Shown: piece after piece, positions 1 through 64,000 of the stretch | Numbering within the stretch: the stretch's first letter is position 1 | Layout of the letters: each line of letters starts with the position of its first letter | NCBI RefSeq assembly: GCF_009914755.1 | Contig: NC_060934.1 | Reading direction: 5' to 3' (one strand) | Source: the human T2T-CHM13v2.0 reference genome, Homo sapiens | DNA: 64,000 bases | Notes under the pieces: model-generated | Seen by the model: only the letters and a program-made list of their open reading frames with translations | Database searches by the model: none | Told to the model about the DNA's origin: nothing | Made by a program: the position numbers and the translations under genes

Positions 1-634
1 AATAGCAATATGTTTTGTGTTTATAGCATTTGTAAAAATAAAATGTACAGTAGCATTATCATCTAATTCCCAAATAGCACAAAATCCGCAAATATTTAGA
101 AATTAAATAACACGCTTTTAAATAACCCATGAATCAAATAGGAAGTCACAACAGAAATTAGAAAATATGTAAAAGAAAATTAAAACACAAAATATTAAAA
201 TTTGTAGAATACAGATAAAATAAAGCTTATAGGGAATATTTTTTTAGGACTCAATTATACCTAAAGCTTATACAGAAATAACATTAAATGTTCATATTAG
301 AAAAGAAGTAAGGTCTGAAATCAACTAACTAAGCTTATCTAAGATTATCTTTGCCTGAGTAGGCTGGGCCTAAAAAAACGATGGCATACTAGAATGGACA
401 TTTAGCTCTGTGATCCTTCTTGAACCTTAGAATTATGGAGGGAGCTTTTAAAAAATACTCATCCTGGGGGTGGGGTCTGAGCACATTTATAAAGTTCTTC
501 AAATGATTCTAATGTGCAACCACAGTTAGGAAACCACTGACTTAATTGAATTAAAATTACTTATGAAAATGGGAGAATAATGTAAAATATTTGGTACAGC
601 AGGCAATATGTTTTGTCTTTAAACAAGTATAATT

Positions 635-943
635 GGCCAGGTGCAGTGGCTCCTGCCTGTTAATTCCAGCACTCTGGGAGGCCAGAGCAGGAGGATCACT
701 TGAGCTCAGGAGTTTGAGAACAGCCTGGGCAACATATTAAGACTCTGTTTTTACAAAAAACTAATTTTAAAACAATTAGCTGGGTGTGGTGGTGTGAACC
801 TGTACTCCCAGCTACTTGGGAGGTGAAGGTGGGAGGATCTATTGAGCCTAGCTAAGGGTTAAGGCTGCAGTGAGCCATGATTGTGCCACAAGACTCTAGC
901 CTGAGTAACAAAGCAAGACCTTGAATTAAAATAAAAATAAAAA
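635..943 (+). mobile_element. AluJ-type SINE
   Basis: Dimeric Alu with A-tail; TSD AAGTATAATT at 625-634 and 942-951. Confidence 0.9.
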
Positions 944-953
944 GTATAATTAC

Positions 954-63910
<62,957 letters not shown>

Positions 63911-64000
63911 CTAGAGATGAGTGAGATAAACATAGAAAATCAGTCTTAGTCAATGCATAGTATACTTGCCTCATCAGACAAGCTAAGGCTTATTGATTAC

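Overview
This is AT-rich primate (human) genomic DNA. It covers the internal ~64 kb of the axonemal gene CFAP43 (WDR96/C10orf79) on the minus strand. I reconstructed 27 coding exons by hand (63910 down to 954; 3468 nt = 1156 codons). They join into one uninterrupted frame running from the WD40-like region into the long coiled-coil region. The start and stop codons lie outside the window. Exon numbers ~8-34 come from my recollection of the annotation, not a lookup. The introns hold ordinary mammalian repeats (Alu, L1, L2/MIR, ERV/MaLR solo LTRs, hAT and Tigger DNA transposons). The most notable observations are: a UTR-only TPM3 processed retrocopy carrying a sense-oriented AATAAA; a GC-AG intron; a human-specific AluYb8; a 30-bp inverted templated insertion copied from a neighbouring Alu; two candidate alternative exons; one CpG-rich exon; and 13 consecutive symmetric phase-0 exons. 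I found no evidence for a wholly new biological system. Nearly all provided ORFs are repeat-derived or spurious.
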